Shown here one piece after another: positions 28,154 to 40,817 of a stretch of DNA of 64,000 nucleotides. How positions within the stretch are numbered: position 1 is the stretch's first letter; each line of letters opens with the position of its first letter. The position numbers were made by a program, and so were the translations under genes. The stretch comes from a bacterium (lineage in GTDB: Bacteria > Patescibacteriota > Minisyncoccia > Phycocordibacterales > UBA2100). The notes beneath the pieces were generated by a model, which worked only from the letters and a program-made list of their open reading frames with translations, did no database searches and was not told the DNA's origin. The stretch spans positions 131,603 to 195,602 of the forward strand of contig JAEUQT010000001.1 in NCBI GenBank assembly GCA_016789445.1, read 5' to 3'.

Positions 28154-29572
28154 TTAGGCAGCCTTCTCAACATCAGCGCCGATCATAAGAAGCGCGTCTT
28201 CTCCGTGATGTGGACCGATGAGCTGGAAACCTACCGGAAGAGCCTTTCCATCACGCTGCACTGATCCCGATGGAACCGAGAGCGCAGGGACACCTGCGAG
28301 ATTGACCGGCACGGTAAAGATGTCCGCTGCATACATCGCGACCGGATCCGATTTCTCACCAAGCTTCCACGCCGGGATCGGCGACGTCGGTGTTGCAATA
28401 GCATCGACACCCTCGAATGCTTTCTCGAGATCGGAACGGATGAGCGCACGGACAGCACGCGCCTTTCGATAGTACGCATCGGCGTATCCGGACGAGAGAA
28501 CGAACGTCCCCACGAGGATGCGGCGGCGCACTTCCGGACCGAAGCCCTGACCGCGCGATTTCTCATAGACGCTCGAGATATCTTCCGCAGGAACGGAGAG
28601 TCCGTAGCGGATGCCGTCGTAGCGCGCAAGGTTGGTCGAGACTTCGGCAGGATTGATGATGTAGTAGACCGCGAGCGAATGCGCAAGGTTCGGCAGCTCG
28701 ATATCACGGACCTCATATCCTGCGGTACGAAGATCGGTGAGCGTCTTTTCGAACGCAGCAAGCACATCGGGATCTACCCCCTTTTCAAGGAGCGCACGAG
28801 GTACGCCGATGACTTTCTTCAGATTCTTCGCCGCGGTGCGCACATTCTCAGGAAGCGACGTGCTGTCATTCGCGTCATATCCTGCGATCGCTTCGCGCAT
28901 GATGCGCGCGTCTTCGGTGTTCTTCGTGATGGGACCGATCTGATCGAGCGATGATGCTGCGGCCATGAGTCCGAAACGCGATACGGTGCCATACGTGGTC
29001 TTCAGTCCCACGACGCCACAGAATGCGGACGGCTGACGGATGGAGCCGCCGGTATCCGATCCAAGTGCTGCAAGCGCGAGATTCCCCGCGACCGCTGCCG
29101 ACGAACCACCGGAAGTGCCGCCCGGCACACGTGCCGTATCGATCGGATTCTTCGTCGGTCCGAATGCCGAGTTCTCGGTAGAACCGCCGAGCGCGAATTC
29201 ATCCATGTTGGTGCGGCCAAGAAAGATTGCCCCCTGTTCTTTCAGCTTGGTGATGACCGTCGCATCGTATGACGCACGATAGTTCTCCAACATCTTCGAT
29301 GCGGAAGATGCGATGCGACCCTTGATGAGAATATTGTCTTTCACCGCGATCGGGATACCGGTAAGCGGCTTCACATCGCCTTTTGCGATGCGCTCATCAG
29401 CCGCCTTCGCTTCTTCTCGCGCCGAATCCTTCCACACCTCGAGGTAGGCATGGATTTCCGGATCGCGCTTCTCGATCTCCGCAAGATACGCATCGGTGAG
29501 TTCGAGCGCCGTGAATTCCTTCGCATCAAGAGCTTTACGCGCCGAGGAGATAGTGAGTTTCGAGAGATCCAT
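28154..29572 (-). CDS. gatA: Glutamyl/aspartyl-tRNA amidotransferase subunit A
   Basis: Amidase signature GGSSGGSAAAVA with Ser-cisSer-Lys triad context; downstream of gatC. Confidence 0.9.
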   Translation of the reverse strand: MDLSKLTISSARKALDAKEFTALELTDAYLAEIEKRDPEIHAYLEVWKDSAREEAKAADERIAKGDVKPLTGIPIAVKDNILIKGRIASSASKMLENYRASYDATVITKLKEQGAIFLGRTNMDEFALGGSTENSAFGPTKNPIDTARVPGGTSGGSSAAVAGNLALAALGSDTGGSIRQPSAFCGVVGLKTTYGTVSRFGLMAAASSLDQIGPITKNTEDARIMREAIAGYDANDSTSLPENVRTAAKNLKKVIGVPRALLEKGVDPDVLAAFEKTLTDLRTAGYEVRDIELPNLAHSLAVYYIINPAEVSTNLARYDGIRYGLSVPAEDISSVYEKSRGQGFGPEVRRRILVGTFVLSSGYADAYYRKARAVRALIRSDLEKAFEGVDAIATPTSPIPAWKLGEKSDPVAMYAADIFTVPVNLAGVPALSVPSGSVQRDGKALPVGFQLIGPHHGEDALLMIGADVEKAA

Positions 29573-29573
29573 A

Positions 29574-31864
<2,291 letters not shown>

Positions 31865-31891
31865 TTAGCGTCTTTCGACGCTTTTTTCTAC

Positions 31892-32344
31892 CTAGTAGCT
31901 GAGCTCGACGGAGCGCTGGAGCGCGCGACCGGAGAGCGAAATATCCGAGCAGGGCGTGCTGAAACCATCGGCATGGATGACCGTCCGCGGATCGGTCGTC
32001 TTTTTCTCCACCGCCACCTGCACGCAGTAGCCATTCGGTTCGAACTCGAATTCCATGGTGTATGGCAGCGCTCCCGGCGCGCCGGTAATGGTGAGCGGTG
32101 CACCGTTGCATGCCGGATCGAGTCCCGGGGTCGTGCTGCTGAAATATTCATAGCGCACGTCCCAGTACAGCGCACACTCAGCGCCGGTATCCGCCGCATA
32201 GAATGCATATTGCGAACTGCGCCCCAAGGACGAGAGGATGACCTGTTTCTGCGCAACGCTGAAAATCGAGATGCCCAGCGTAAGGACCAAGGACGCTACG
32301 AGTGCCGAGAACAATATCGTGAAGCCGCGCTGGTTTTTCATCAT
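31892..32344 (-). CDS. Type IV pilin-like minor pilin/pseudopilin (no Glu5)
   Basis: N-terminal QRGFTILFSALVASLVL prepilin-like segment. Confidence 0.55.
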   Translation of the reverse strand: MMKNQRGFTILFSALVASLVLTLGISIFSVAQKQVILSSLGRSSQYAFYAADTGAECALYWDVRYEYFSSTTPGLDPACNGAPLTITGAPGALPYTMEFEFEPNGYCVQVAVEKKTTDPRTVIHADGFSTPCSDISLSGRALQRSVELSY

Positions 32345-32889
32345 ACGCTTCCATCGTTAACCCAGCGGTACAGATTCTCGTAGATCGTAAACGTGCGGAG
32401 CTGATTGAGGCCGCCCGTCGTCCATTCGACAGTGACGGTGACGCGGATCTCATCCTGCGTACCTTCGACGTACTCCGCCTCGACGGTCCGACGATATTTG
32501 GTACTCGCCCATCCGGTACTGTACCCGTAGAGGTCCCCATCAGTCTGCAGATACTGACAGGTGCCCGAGCAGGTAGCGATGGCGTTATTGCGCGTATCGA
32601 TGGTGAATGGTGTGCCGATCGGGATATTGCATAGCAGCGTCATCGGGGTGCACGCCGGATCAGGCTGATCATAGGCGATGCGCAGGATATTCCCGTCGCG
32701 GATCGAGCGCACCGATTCGATCGCCTCCTGTCCGAGATTGAATGCCGCGATCTGGTCACGTGCGTAATACGCAGCGGAAAGCGATTGCATGGTGAGTGAC
32801 ATCGGCGCCACGATCGCCACCGTGAGGATGGTGATCGCGACCAAGGTCTCGATGAGCGTCATCCCTTTTTGTGATTCGTGCGTTTTCAT
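32341..32889 (-). CDS. Pseudopilin with prepilin-type N-terminal cleavage/methylation domain
   Basis: KG/MTLIETLVAITILTVAIV motif; start trimmed to MKTHESQKG. Confidence 0.7.
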   Translation of the reverse strand: MKTHESQKGMTLIETLVAITILTVAIVAPMSLTMQSLSAAYYARDQIAAFNLGQEAIESVRSIRDGNILRIAYDQPDPACTPMTLLCNIPIGTPFTIDTRNNAIATCSGTCQYLQTDGDLYGYSTGWASTKYRRTVEAEYVEGTQDEIRVTVTVEWTTGGLNQLRTFTIYENLYRWVNDGSV

Positions 32890-32890
32890 A

Positions 32891-33466
32891 TCAGATATCG
32901 AGCGCACGCTGCACCGCGGTTGCCTGGATGTAGAACGTGGTACGGGTTTTCTCGTCATTGCCGGCACTTCCCTTCACCACGACCACGACCTTCGGCTGGG
33001 TGATGTCTCCCGGCTGGGTTCCGATGACATAGAACGTCAGTTCTTCGATGGAGATCTCCGGTGCCGTGATCGGGATCGAATTCGTGCCGCCGTTGAGCGA
33101 TCGATAGATGCGCCCTCCCTGGATGAAATATACCGCGCGCTCATTCTGCTGGGTGCTATCTGATCCATATGGAGCGAACGAAAAGAGATCGTCACCATTC
33201 GCGCAGTCTGCTCCTACGGCGCCTGGAATACCTGATCCGTTGCAATTGTAATGCGTACCCATGCGCGCGGCGCGTACCATGCTGTCCAGAGAGATATTGA
33301 GGTTGTTCATGACGCTCTCGAGCGTACGCGCCTTACGGTTCGCGTCCACGAGAGCCAGGAGCGCACCGACGGCGACCAGCATGATGATCGCGAAAAGCGA
33401 TACGGAAACCATCATCTCGACGAGCGAGAAACCCTTCTCAGAACGTATGTCGCGAGAAGATGTCAT
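32891..33466 (-). CDS. Pseudopilin with prepilin-type N-terminal cleavage/methylation domain
   Basis: KG/FSLVEMMVSVSLFAIIM. Confidence 0.7.
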   Translation of the reverse strand: MTSSRDIRSEKGFSLVEMMVSVSLFAIIMLVAVGALLALVDANRKARTLESVMNNLNISLDSMVRAARMGTHYNCNGSGIPGAVGADCANGDDLFSFAPYGSDSTQQNERAVYFIQGGRIYRSLNGGTNSIPITAPEISIEELTFYVIGTQPGDITQPKVVVVVKGSAGNDEKTRTTFYIQATAVQRALDI

Positions 33467-34053
33467 TGTACGGAGATCTGGCCCGAAGCTTCGACGATGA
33501 CTTCTGATTGTTCGCCGCTGCGAGACTGCAGCACGATACGCGCCCGGTCATCGAGCGTGGCCCCTGCGGAGCGGCGGATCATCGCATCCGGCTCGGGACG
33601 CCTGAAGAGCATGCTCAGCTGGGACAAACTACAGGTCTCGATCCCGTTCATCGCTCGGGCGCAGATATTCGCGATGCGGTATCCGCCGTTGAGCGTGGTC
33701 GAGGTGACCGTCTCTCCTGTATCGAAAACGCCGTTCTGGTTCACATCCCCGAACAGCACGTACGAACTCAGGGCATCCTCTGCCGGCTGCGTGATATGGA
33801 TCCCGTATCCCACATCGAAATTGACTCCTTGATACCGACGCACGGCGATACCGTAGACCTGTGCCTGACGGACCGAAAGCGCCATGTCATGCGCGAGGTT
33901 CTGTAAGACGATGAGATTGCCGAAGCGCGCGTTCGTCGAGAGGACCACGCCAGAGAGGATCATGAAGATCCCGGTCACTACCATCAATTCCACAAGACTA
34001 AAGCCCCGGGAAAGCCGAGAATCGGTGCGTAGGAATATATGAGAGCGAACCAT
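33463..34053 (-). CDS. Pseudopilin (prepilin N-terminal domain plus larger C-terminal domain)
   Basis: MVRSHIFLRTDSRLSRG/FSLVELMVVTGIFMIL; the start at 34053 overlaps the pilD 3' end by about 70 nt in another frame. Confidence 0.6.
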   Translation of the reverse strand: MVRSHIFLRTDSRLSRGFSLVELMVVTGIFMILSGVVLSTNARFGNLIVLQNLAHDMALSVRQAQVYGIAVRRYQGVNFDVGYGIHITQPAEDALSSYVLFGDVNQNGVFDTGETVTSTTLNGGYRIANICARAMNGIETCSLSQLSMLFRRPEPDAMIRRSAGATLDDRARIVLQSRSGEQSEVIVEASGQISVQ

Positions 34054-34835
34054 ACGATGCTGGTGCCGATGATGAGGAACGGTCCGAACGGCACTTCGCT
34101 CTTCATTGTAAATCCCTCCTTCCCTCCTCCCAAGCGAGTTATCCCAAGAGAATGGAGGACCTTCACGATATGCGGAAGCGGAATAAGGATGAATACTCCT
34201 ATGATCGCGCCGATGACGAAAGAATACATGAGCGCCAAATATCCGTACCCAAGGCCGAGAAGCCATCCCATACCGAGCGCGAATTTCACATCGCCGAACC
34301 CCATCCACGTACCACGCGAGATGAGCCACATGAGGAAAAGCGGGAGCGAAACCAGCGGCCCTGCCACGAGAAGCCACACGTAGGGCACCCACTCCCCCGT
34401 TGGCGCAAAGAGATACATGAGATAGAGGGAGAATACGAGCGCCAGAGCATTGAAACTCCACACCCATCGATCAGGCATGATCATGTGGTAGAGGTCGTAC
34501 ACGAATATCGCGATGCAGAAAATCGCAATCGCGCACCCGATCACCTGCGCGATAAGAGGAAGCGGCGCGAGACCGAGCATAAGAAACGAGATTCCTGCCG
34601 CGAGTTCGACTACGGGATACTGGACGGAGATCGAGGCACGGCACGAGGAGCACTTCCCGCGCAGCATGAGCCACGAAAGGACGGGAAGAAGCTCGTGCCA
34701 TGCAAGCACCCTGCCGCATTTCGGACACGAACTTCGTCCATCAAGCGCGCGCGTGCCGTGGCGAAGGATGAGCACATTCGTGAAGCTGCCGAAGATGAGG
34801 CCGAATCCGAGCCAGACGACGGCCTCGTAGAGCAT
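33984..34835 (-). CDS. pilD: Prepilin peptidase (A24 family)
   Basis: N-terminal Cys tetrad (CPKCG...CSSC), about 8 TM helices, catalytic Asp context (FGDVKFALGMG). Confidence 0.85.
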   Translation of the reverse strand: MLYEAVVWLGFGLIFGSFTNVLILRHGTRALDGRSSCPKCGRVLAWHELLPVLSWLMLRGKCSSCRASISVQYPVVELAAGISFLMLGLAPLPLIAQVIGCAIAIFCIAIFVYDLYHMIMPDRWVWSFNALALVFSLYLMYLFAPTGEWVPYVWLLVAGPLVSLPLFLMWLISRGTWMGFGDVKFALGMGWLLGLGYGYLALMYSFVIGAIIGVFILIPLPHIVKVLHSLGITRLGGGKEGFTMKSEVPFGPFLIIGTSIVWFALIYSYAPILGFPGALVLWN

Positions 34836-34896
34836 GCGGAGATTCTAACAGAAAAGCACACCTCTCGGTGTGCTTTTCCTTCAGAACAGAGAGAAA

Positions 34897-35388
34897 CTAC
34901 GGCGTTACGCAGAAGCGCGCGGTCGCACCACTGTCAGAGCAGTCGATGCCGCCGATCGGATTGGTATCAACATCGCCCGCAGGAACGGCCGAAGATCCAC
35001 CTTCGATATCAGCACCAATGACATAGCCTGGGCACGCTGGAGACGTTGTCGTACATGCAGTCGTACCGTCTGCCGCGAGCGCTGCATAGCTGTACGGCGC
35101 GAGCGTCGTCGGATCAAGCGGAAGCGCCGAGATGTACTTGCTGGTGACGAGCACCGACGTGGTTGCTGAGGCAAACGCTTCGGTAGCCGTCGGGAAACGC
35201 TGGTTTGCATCGTAGTAAAGCTCAAGCGCCAACTGAAGCTGCTTGATGTCGGAGATACGGCGTGCATCGCGACCCTTCTTACGGGCGCTGTTGAGTGACG
35301 CCAGGACGACCGACGAGAGGATACCGATGATGGCGATCACCACGAGGAGCTCGATGAGGGTGAAGCCGCGCTGAGATCGATTAAACAT
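34897..35388 (-). CDS. Type IV pilin (major pilin candidate, paralog 1)
   Basis: RG/FTLIELLVVIAIIGILSSVVLASL with Glu5; Cys-containing C-terminal domain. Confidence 0.85.
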   Translation of the reverse strand: MFNRSQRGFTLIELLVVIAIIGILSSVVLASLNSARKKGRDARRISDIKQLQLALELYYDANQRFPTATEAFASATTSVLVTSKYISALPLDPTTLAPYSYAALAADGTTACTTTSPACPGYVIGADIEGGSSAVPAGDVDTNPIGGIDCSDSGATARFCVTP

Positions 35389-35425
35389 AGTTATGATTGC
35401 GTTAATCCGCTAATGAATAACAAAC

Positions 35426-35872
35426 TTACGGTTGCTGACAGTACATCGGATCGGTGCAGGTTACGCTACCCACCGTACCGTCGATGTCCTGACTGAGCGC
35501 TGCGTTCGCCGTATCCTCAAGCGTTGCGCCGAGGATGTAGCTCGCACAGACACCGCCGCTTTGCGTACATGCTGCACCCGCGCTCGTAAGGTTATCGAAC
35601 GAGTACGAGCCCGATTGAGGATCTGTCGGCACGACTGAGATGTATGTCGGCGCAAGCTGCGAGAGAGCATCCGGATACTCGCTCGAGTTATTGTCATAAA
35701 AGAGCTCGAGCGCCAACTGAAGCTGCTTGATGTCGGAGATACGGCGTGCATCGCGACCCTTCTTACGGGCGCTGTTGAGTGACGCCAGGACGACCGACGA
35801 GAGGATACCGATGATGGCGATCACCACGAGGAGCTCGATGAGGGTGAAGCCGCGTTCATTTCGTGAAAACAT
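35426..35872 (-). CDS. Type IV pilin (major pilin candidate, paralog 2)
   Basis: N-terminal ~60 aa identical to paralog 1 (about 150 nt perfectly identical DNA); divergent C-terminal domain. Confidence 0.85.
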   Translation of the reverse strand: MFSRNERGFTLIELLVVIAIIGILSSVVLASLNSARKKGRDARRISDIKQLQLALELFYDNNSSEYPDALSQLAPTYISVVPTDPQSGSYSFDNLTSAGAACTQSGGVCASYILGATLEDTANAALSQDIDGTVGSVTCTDPMYCQQP

Positions 35873-35978
35873 AGAATTGTGAATAAACGGTTAAAATTTG
35901 ATCGCTATGCACGCTACGCGCGATGCAATCATCATACGGCACATCACACTCCCCTTGTCGAGTGGGTGTGTATAACCG

Positions 35979-37184
35979 CTAGATACCTGACGCGATGTTG
36001 TAGATAGGCACGAGGACCGACGCGAGAAGGATGGCGACGCCGACGGCGAGCATGACGATCATGAACGGCTCGATGAGTGAGACGAGCGTGTCCACTGCGT
36101 TATTCACTTCGCGGCGGTAGAACTTCGCAATGGAATCAAGGATCGAACCCATATTGCCGGTCTCTTCGCCGATCTTGATCATCGCCACCATGATGCCCGG
36201 GATCTCCGGATGCTTACGGAACGCTTCGGAAACCGGCATACCGGCCTTCACGTCGACCGCTGCTTCGCGCAGGACGCGCTCGTACGTCGGGTCTTCGACG
36301 ACGGTGCCGGTGATCTCGAGTCCGCGCAGCATCTGAATACCCGATCGGAGCATGGTTGAGAGGTTGTCAGCGAGACGCGAGAGATAGAGGTTCTGATAGA
36401 TACCGCCGAGGACCGGGACCTGTAATCGTGCACGCGAGAAGACCACCTGACCGGTTTGTGTCTTGATGTAGCGATAGAGGAAAAAACCCGCAAGGACGAC
36501 GAGGATACCCCAGAGCAGTGCGTAATTGGCGAAGAGATTACTCATGCCGATGACGACGCGAGTATAGACCGGCACCGACTGCCCCACTTCCGTGAGCATG
36601 CCCGCGAGCTTCGGGATCACCAGCGTCATCATGAGCACCATGACGATGACGAACGTTCCCACGATGAACGCCGGATAGATGAGTGCGTTCTTCGCTTTCG
36701 CCGTGATTTCGTAGTTACGATCGAGGTAATCCGCGAGATAGGCAAACGTCTCATCGAGCTTGCCGGATTCCTCGCCGGCACGGATCATGTTCACATAGAA
36801 ACCGGAGAAGACTTCCGGATGCCGGGAAAGCGCCGCTGAAATCGCGCTACCCGCTTGGATATCCGATGCGATCGCGGAGAGTTTTGCAGCAAGCTGCGGC
36901 GTGCGTGCCTCCGCCGCAAGGAGCTGGAATCCGCGAAGCGCGGAAACCTGCGCCTCGAACAGCGTCGTCATCTGACGCGAGAGCATCACGATATCGCTCC
37001 CCTTGATACCGCTGAATATCTGGATGCTCCTCTGAAGGCCGACTTTCTGATCCGCCGGATCGATGGATGCGATGATGAGGCCGCGGCGCTGCAGAGCCGC
37101 GATCGCGACATCGATGTTCACCGCATCGACCGTACCGCTACGATCCGCTCCCTTATCGTCGACTGCCTTGTAGGAAAACAACAT
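35979..37184 (-). CDS. pilC: Type IV pilus assembly platform protein PilC (GspF family)
   Basis: Two GspF repeats and three TM segments. Confidence 0.85.
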   Translation of the reverse strand: MLFSYKAVDDKGADRSGTVDAVNIDVAIAALQRRGLIIASIDPADQKVGLQRSIQIFSGIKGSDIVMLSRQMTTLFEAQVSALRGFQLLAAEARTPQLAAKLSAIASDIQAGSAISAALSRHPEVFSGFYVNMIRAGEESGKLDETFAYLADYLDRNYEITAKAKNALIYPAFIVGTFVIVMVLMMTLVIPKLAGMLTEVGQSVPVYTRVVIGMSNLFANYALLWGILVVLAGFFLYRYIKTQTGQVVFSRARLQVPVLGGIYQNLYLSRLADNLSTMLRSGIQMLRGLEITGTVVEDPTYERVLREAAVDVKAGMPVSEAFRKHPEIPGIMVAMIKIGEETGNMGSILDSIAKFYRREVNNAVDTLVSLIEPFMIVMLAVGVAILLASVLVPIYNIASGI

Positions 37185-37190
37185 ACTGGC

Positions 37191-38258
37191 TTAGAGCAAT
37201 TTCTGGAGCACGTTCGGATTGAGCGAATACTGGTAGGCGGTCTCGACGGTGATCTCTCCGCGCGAGACGAGTTCCGAAAGCGAGCGATTCATATCGATCA
37301 TGCCTTCCGCGGAAGAGGTCTCGATGACCGTATTGATCTCGTGCGTGCGTTTCTCGCGGATAAGATTCGCGACGGCTTTATTGTTGATGAGAAGCTCGTA
37401 CGCCGGGATGAGACCACCGGAAATGCGCGGCACGAGACGCTGCGAGAAGATCCCCGCGAGCGATGAGCCGAGCTGCAGGCGGATCTGATCCTGCTGCGAC
37501 GCCGGGAAGGTATCGATGATGCGGTCGATGGTCTGTGCTGCGTTGTTCGTGTGGAGCGTCGAGAAGACGAGGTGACCCGTTTCTGCCGCCGTGACCGCCG
37601 CGGCCATGGTTTCCGGTCCACGCATCTCCCCCACCAATATCACGTCCACGTCCTGACGGAATGCGCTCACCAGCGCGGTCGCGAAATCCTTCGTATCAAG
37701 AAGCACTTCACGCTGATCGATGATGGAGCGCTTCGGTTCGTAGATGTATTCGATCGGGTCCTCGATGGTGACGATGTGCTCCATGCGTTCCATGTTGATC
37801 ATCTCGATCATCGCGGAGAGCGTAGTCGATTTGCCCTGCCCGACCGGACCGACTACCAGGAAGAAGCCTTGGTTCTTGCGAGCGAACGTCGTGAGGATAT
37901 CCGGCAGGTTGAGCTCCTGCAGCGTCTTGATCTGCTTCGGAATAAGACGCAAAGCTATACCTACTGCACCGCGCTGGAAGAAAGCATTGCCGCGGAAGCG
38001 GTTTCCATCTGCGGTTTGATACGCGAAATCCAGCTCGAGCGTCGAGAAAAACCGGCTCTGCTGGTCCTGGTTGAGAAGCACCTTCGCGTACCCCATCGTG
38101 TCCTCTGCAGTAAGAACCGGCTCCTTGAGCATCGGGGTGAGATTCCCCGCGACACGGATCGTCGGGTGTGCACCGGTAGAAAAATGAAGGTCGGATCCGC
38201 CTTCATGCGTCAGGACCGTGATGTACTTCTTCAGCTGTGCATCGTAATCGAGCGCCAT
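37191..38258 (-). CDS. pilT: Type IV pilus retraction ATPase PilT
   Basis: 355-aa PilT-type secretion ATPase with Walker A GPVGQGKST, Asp box and His box. Confidence 0.85.
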   Translation of the reverse strand: MALDYDAQLKKYITVLTHEGGSDLHFSTGAHPTIRVAGNLTPMLKEPVLTAEDTMGYAKVLLNQDQQSRFFSTLELDFAYQTADGNRFRGNAFFQRGAVGIALRLIPKQIKTLQELNLPDILTTFARKNQGFFLVVGPVGQGKSTTLSAMIEMINMERMEHIVTIEDPIEYIYEPKRSIIDQREVLLDTKDFATALVSAFRQDVDVILVGEMRGPETMAAAVTAAETGHLVFSTLHTNNAAQTIDRIIDTFPASQQDQIRLQLGSSLAGIFSQRLVPRISGGLIPAYELLINNKAVANLIREKRTHEINTVIETSSAEGMIDMNRSLSELVSRGEITVETAYQYSLNPNVLQKLL

Positions 38259-38319
38259 GAAATATATTGTAACGTACTTTTATAGGTCCCCCTCCCTATC
38301 CACACGCCGATGACGCGTA

Positions 38320-38706
38320 TCACTTCATTCCGATCTCTTCCTTCACCATTGAGACGACTTCCGACGGGATCATACTCGCCTTCACGACGTATTTCTGCGC
38401 ACCGAGCTCTTCCGCGTGCTTGCGATCGGCATCGTTGCTCTGGTTCGTGAGCGCGATGAGACGCGCGGTGCCGCCGAGCTTCTCGTCGCGGACGCCTTTC
38501 AGGAATTCGAAACCATCCTGTCCCGGCATGGTGATATCGAACAGGATGACATCAGCTTTCGCACCGCCGCGCAGCGCTTCTATTGCCTCATGCACTGAGA
38601 AACACGAGATCACCGTGAATCCTTCCTGCGTGAATTTAAGGCTGTACATGTCGAGGAGGAACTTATCATCGTCCACCAACATCACTGTCTTTCCGTTTTC
38701 TGCCAT
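38320..38706 (-). CDS. Single-domain response regulator (CheY/PilH-like receiver)
   Basis: REC domain VMLVDDD ... ILFDITMPG ... K. Confidence 0.75.
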   Translation of the reverse strand: MAENGKTVMLVDDDKFLLDMYSLKFTQEGFTVISCFSVHEAIEALRGGAKADVILFDITMPGQDGFEFLKGVRDEKLGGTARLIALTNQSNDADRKHAEELGAQKYVVKASMIPSEVVSMVKEEIGMK

Positions 38707-38714
38707 AGTGAAAA

Positions 38715-40442
38715 TTAATTCGTTTTCGTATCTTCTGGTTCTTCAGTATCAGCGGGCGTCTCTTCGGTAGCGGCAGGCTTTTTCTCTTCCGGCTCTTCCT
38801 CCGTATCCAAGAGGAGCGATGAGAGCGTATTCACTTCAGAGAACGGGACCTGCTTCGCGAACGCTTTCATTGTAGCATCCTCGCGCATCGTGAGCATTCC
38901 CTGCTCGCGTGCCGACGCCCAGATCTTCGAATCCACCGGGTTGGTAAGGACGATCTTCTCGATTGCGGTCGTCATTTCCATCACCTCGAAGACCGCGGCA
39001 CGTCCACGCATACCCGTCGGACATGCGGCGGTACGCTCTGGCTCATACACGGTGTCTTGTATCGGGAATCGGTATTCCTTCGGAAGGCTCGCCATATCCA
39101 TTTCCATCGACTTTCGATCGCTGGCGGAGAGCGGTACTGCCTTGCCGGTACCAGGACAAAGCGTACGCACGAGACGCTGCGCCATCGAAAGGATAAGCAC
39201 CGGTGGAATGAGGTACGGCTCCACTCCCATATCGATAAGGCGAGGGATGGTGCCGACCGCATCGTTGGTGTGGATCGTTGAGAGCACCAAGTGACCGGTG
39301 AGCGCCGCCTGCATCGCGAGCTTCGCCGTCTCACCGTCGCGGATTTCGCCGACCATGATGACATCCGGGTCCTGACGGAGCGTCGTGCGCAGACCGTTCG
39401 CGAACGTATACCCGATCTCAGGACGCACTTGTGACTGGATGATACCGTCGACGTGATATTCGATCGGATCCTCGAGTGAGAGCACGTTCTTATGCTCGCG
39501 ATCGAGCTCCGCAAGCATCGAGTAGAGCGTCGTGGATTTACCGGAACCGGTCGGACCCGAGATGAGGATGAGTCCGTGCGGTCGTTGGATCGCGTCGCGC
39601 ATGAGACGGAGATTGCGTTCCGAAAGACCGATCTGATCAAGTGGGATGAATCCCTGATCACGATCGAGGATACGCATCACCACCTTCTCACCGGCATACG
39701 ACGGGAATGTGGAGACACGGAAGTCGATCTGGCGATTGTCGAATGACGCCGAAAAGCGTCCGTCCTGCGGCTTACGTCGCTCGTCGAGTCGGATCGAGGA
39801 GAGGACCTTGATACGGGCGACAACTGCGCGATGCGTCTCAAGCGGCAAGACGACGCTGGTATGCAGATCGCCGTCGACACGATAACGGACGCGAAGCCCG
39901 GCGGAGGTCGGTTCGACGTGGATATCGGATGCTTTTCCGTCGATCGCATAGCGCAGGATCGTCGAGACGATCTTGATCGCTGGCGCGTCCTCGGTGATTG
40001 AACCTCCTCCTTCGGTAGCTCCCGCAAGATTGCCGAGCTGCAGCATCCCTTCATCGTCGGTCTCTTCTTTCTTGCGACCACTGGTACGCTCTTCCGATTC
40101 GAGGTCAGAGAGCGCCTTATCGACCTCCCCACCCAAACCCTTATACATCGAGAGGATCTTCTGCAGATCCTGTTCGCTCATGCGGAAGATCTTGAACGGC
40201 ATTCCCGTCTTGCGGGCGATGAAGTTCAATGCATCGATAGCAGCGATGTTATCGGGATCCACCATGCCGACCTCCAAGACATCCTCGACGACACCGAGCG
40301 GCGCGAGCTTATAGTGTTCCGCGGATTCCTGCGGGATGAATTTGAGGACATCGTACGGGATCTTCTGCTCGCCAAGAGTACGCGTCGGGATCGCGTTCGC
40401 GGCATTTCCCTGCCCTGCGCCTGCCTGGACCTCAGGAGGCAT
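38715..40442 (-). CDS. pilB: Type IV pilus assembly ATPase PilB (GspE family)
   Basis: N-terminal GspII-like domain; Walker A GPTGSGKSTTLY; Asp/His boxes; tetracysteine region. Confidence 0.85.
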   Translation of the reverse strand: MPPEVQAGAGQGNAANAIPTRTLGEQKIPYDVLKFIPQESAEHYKLAPLGVVEDVLEVGMVDPDNIAAIDALNFIARKTGMPFKIFRMSEQDLQKILSMYKGLGGEVDKALSDLESEERTSGRKKEETDDEGMLQLGNLAGATEGGGSITEDAPAIKIVSTILRYAIDGKASDIHVEPTSAGLRVRYRVDGDLHTSVVLPLETHRAVVARIKVLSSIRLDERRKPQDGRFSASFDNRQIDFRVSTFPSYAGEKVVMRILDRDQGFIPLDQIGLSERNLRLMRDAIQRPHGLILISGPTGSGKSTTLYSMLAELDREHKNVLSLEDPIEYHVDGIIQSQVRPEIGYTFANGLRTTLRQDPDVIMVGEIRDGETAKLAMQAALTGHLVLSTIHTNDAVGTIPRLIDMGVEPYLIPPVLILSMAQRLVRTLCPGTGKAVPLSASDRKSMEMDMASLPKEYRFPIQDTVYEPERTAACPTGMRGRAAVFEVMEMTTAIEKIVLTNPVDSKIWASAREQGMLTMREDATMKAFAKQVPFSEVNTLSSLLLDTEEEPEEKKPAATEETPADTEEPEDTKTN

Positions 40443-40445
40443 ACG

Positions 40446-40814
40446 TTAGCGTGAACCTTGCGAGGTGGAAGTTGCAGCTCGTGTCGTCGTCGCGGTCTGG
40501 GTCGGCGTCTGGGTCATTCCAGGAAGCGGGAGGAACGGATTCTCACGACCCACCGGCTCAGGAACAATCTGCGTACCGTTATCCTTGAGCGCGACGAATG
40601 CGGGATCAGAGAAAATCGTGCCCGAGAGCGTGATGGCGCGCAGTTGCAACAACGTCTCGACGACATCCTTGTCCGCTCCGCTGGACGTCGTCAGATCCTC
40701 GGTCGTAAGAAGCGCCTGTGGCGTCGTGTCACGCAAGAAGAGGTACCACGCCGCGGTGGCAGCGACCACGCTACCCAGGATCAGTATCACGAATTTATTC
40801 TGGAGTATCGCCAT
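40446..40814 (-). CDS. Pilus assembly accessory protein (PilP-like candidate), single TM
   Basis: N-terminal TM and Thr-rich C-terminus; lies between pilB and pilO. Confidence 0.35.
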   Translation of the reverse strand: MAILQNKFVILILGSVVAATAAWYLFLRDTTPQALLTTEDLTTSSGADKDVVETLLQLRAITLSGTIFSDPAFVALKDNGTQIVPEPVGRENPFLPLPGMTQTPTQTATTTRAATSTSQGSR

Positions 40815-40817
40815 ACA

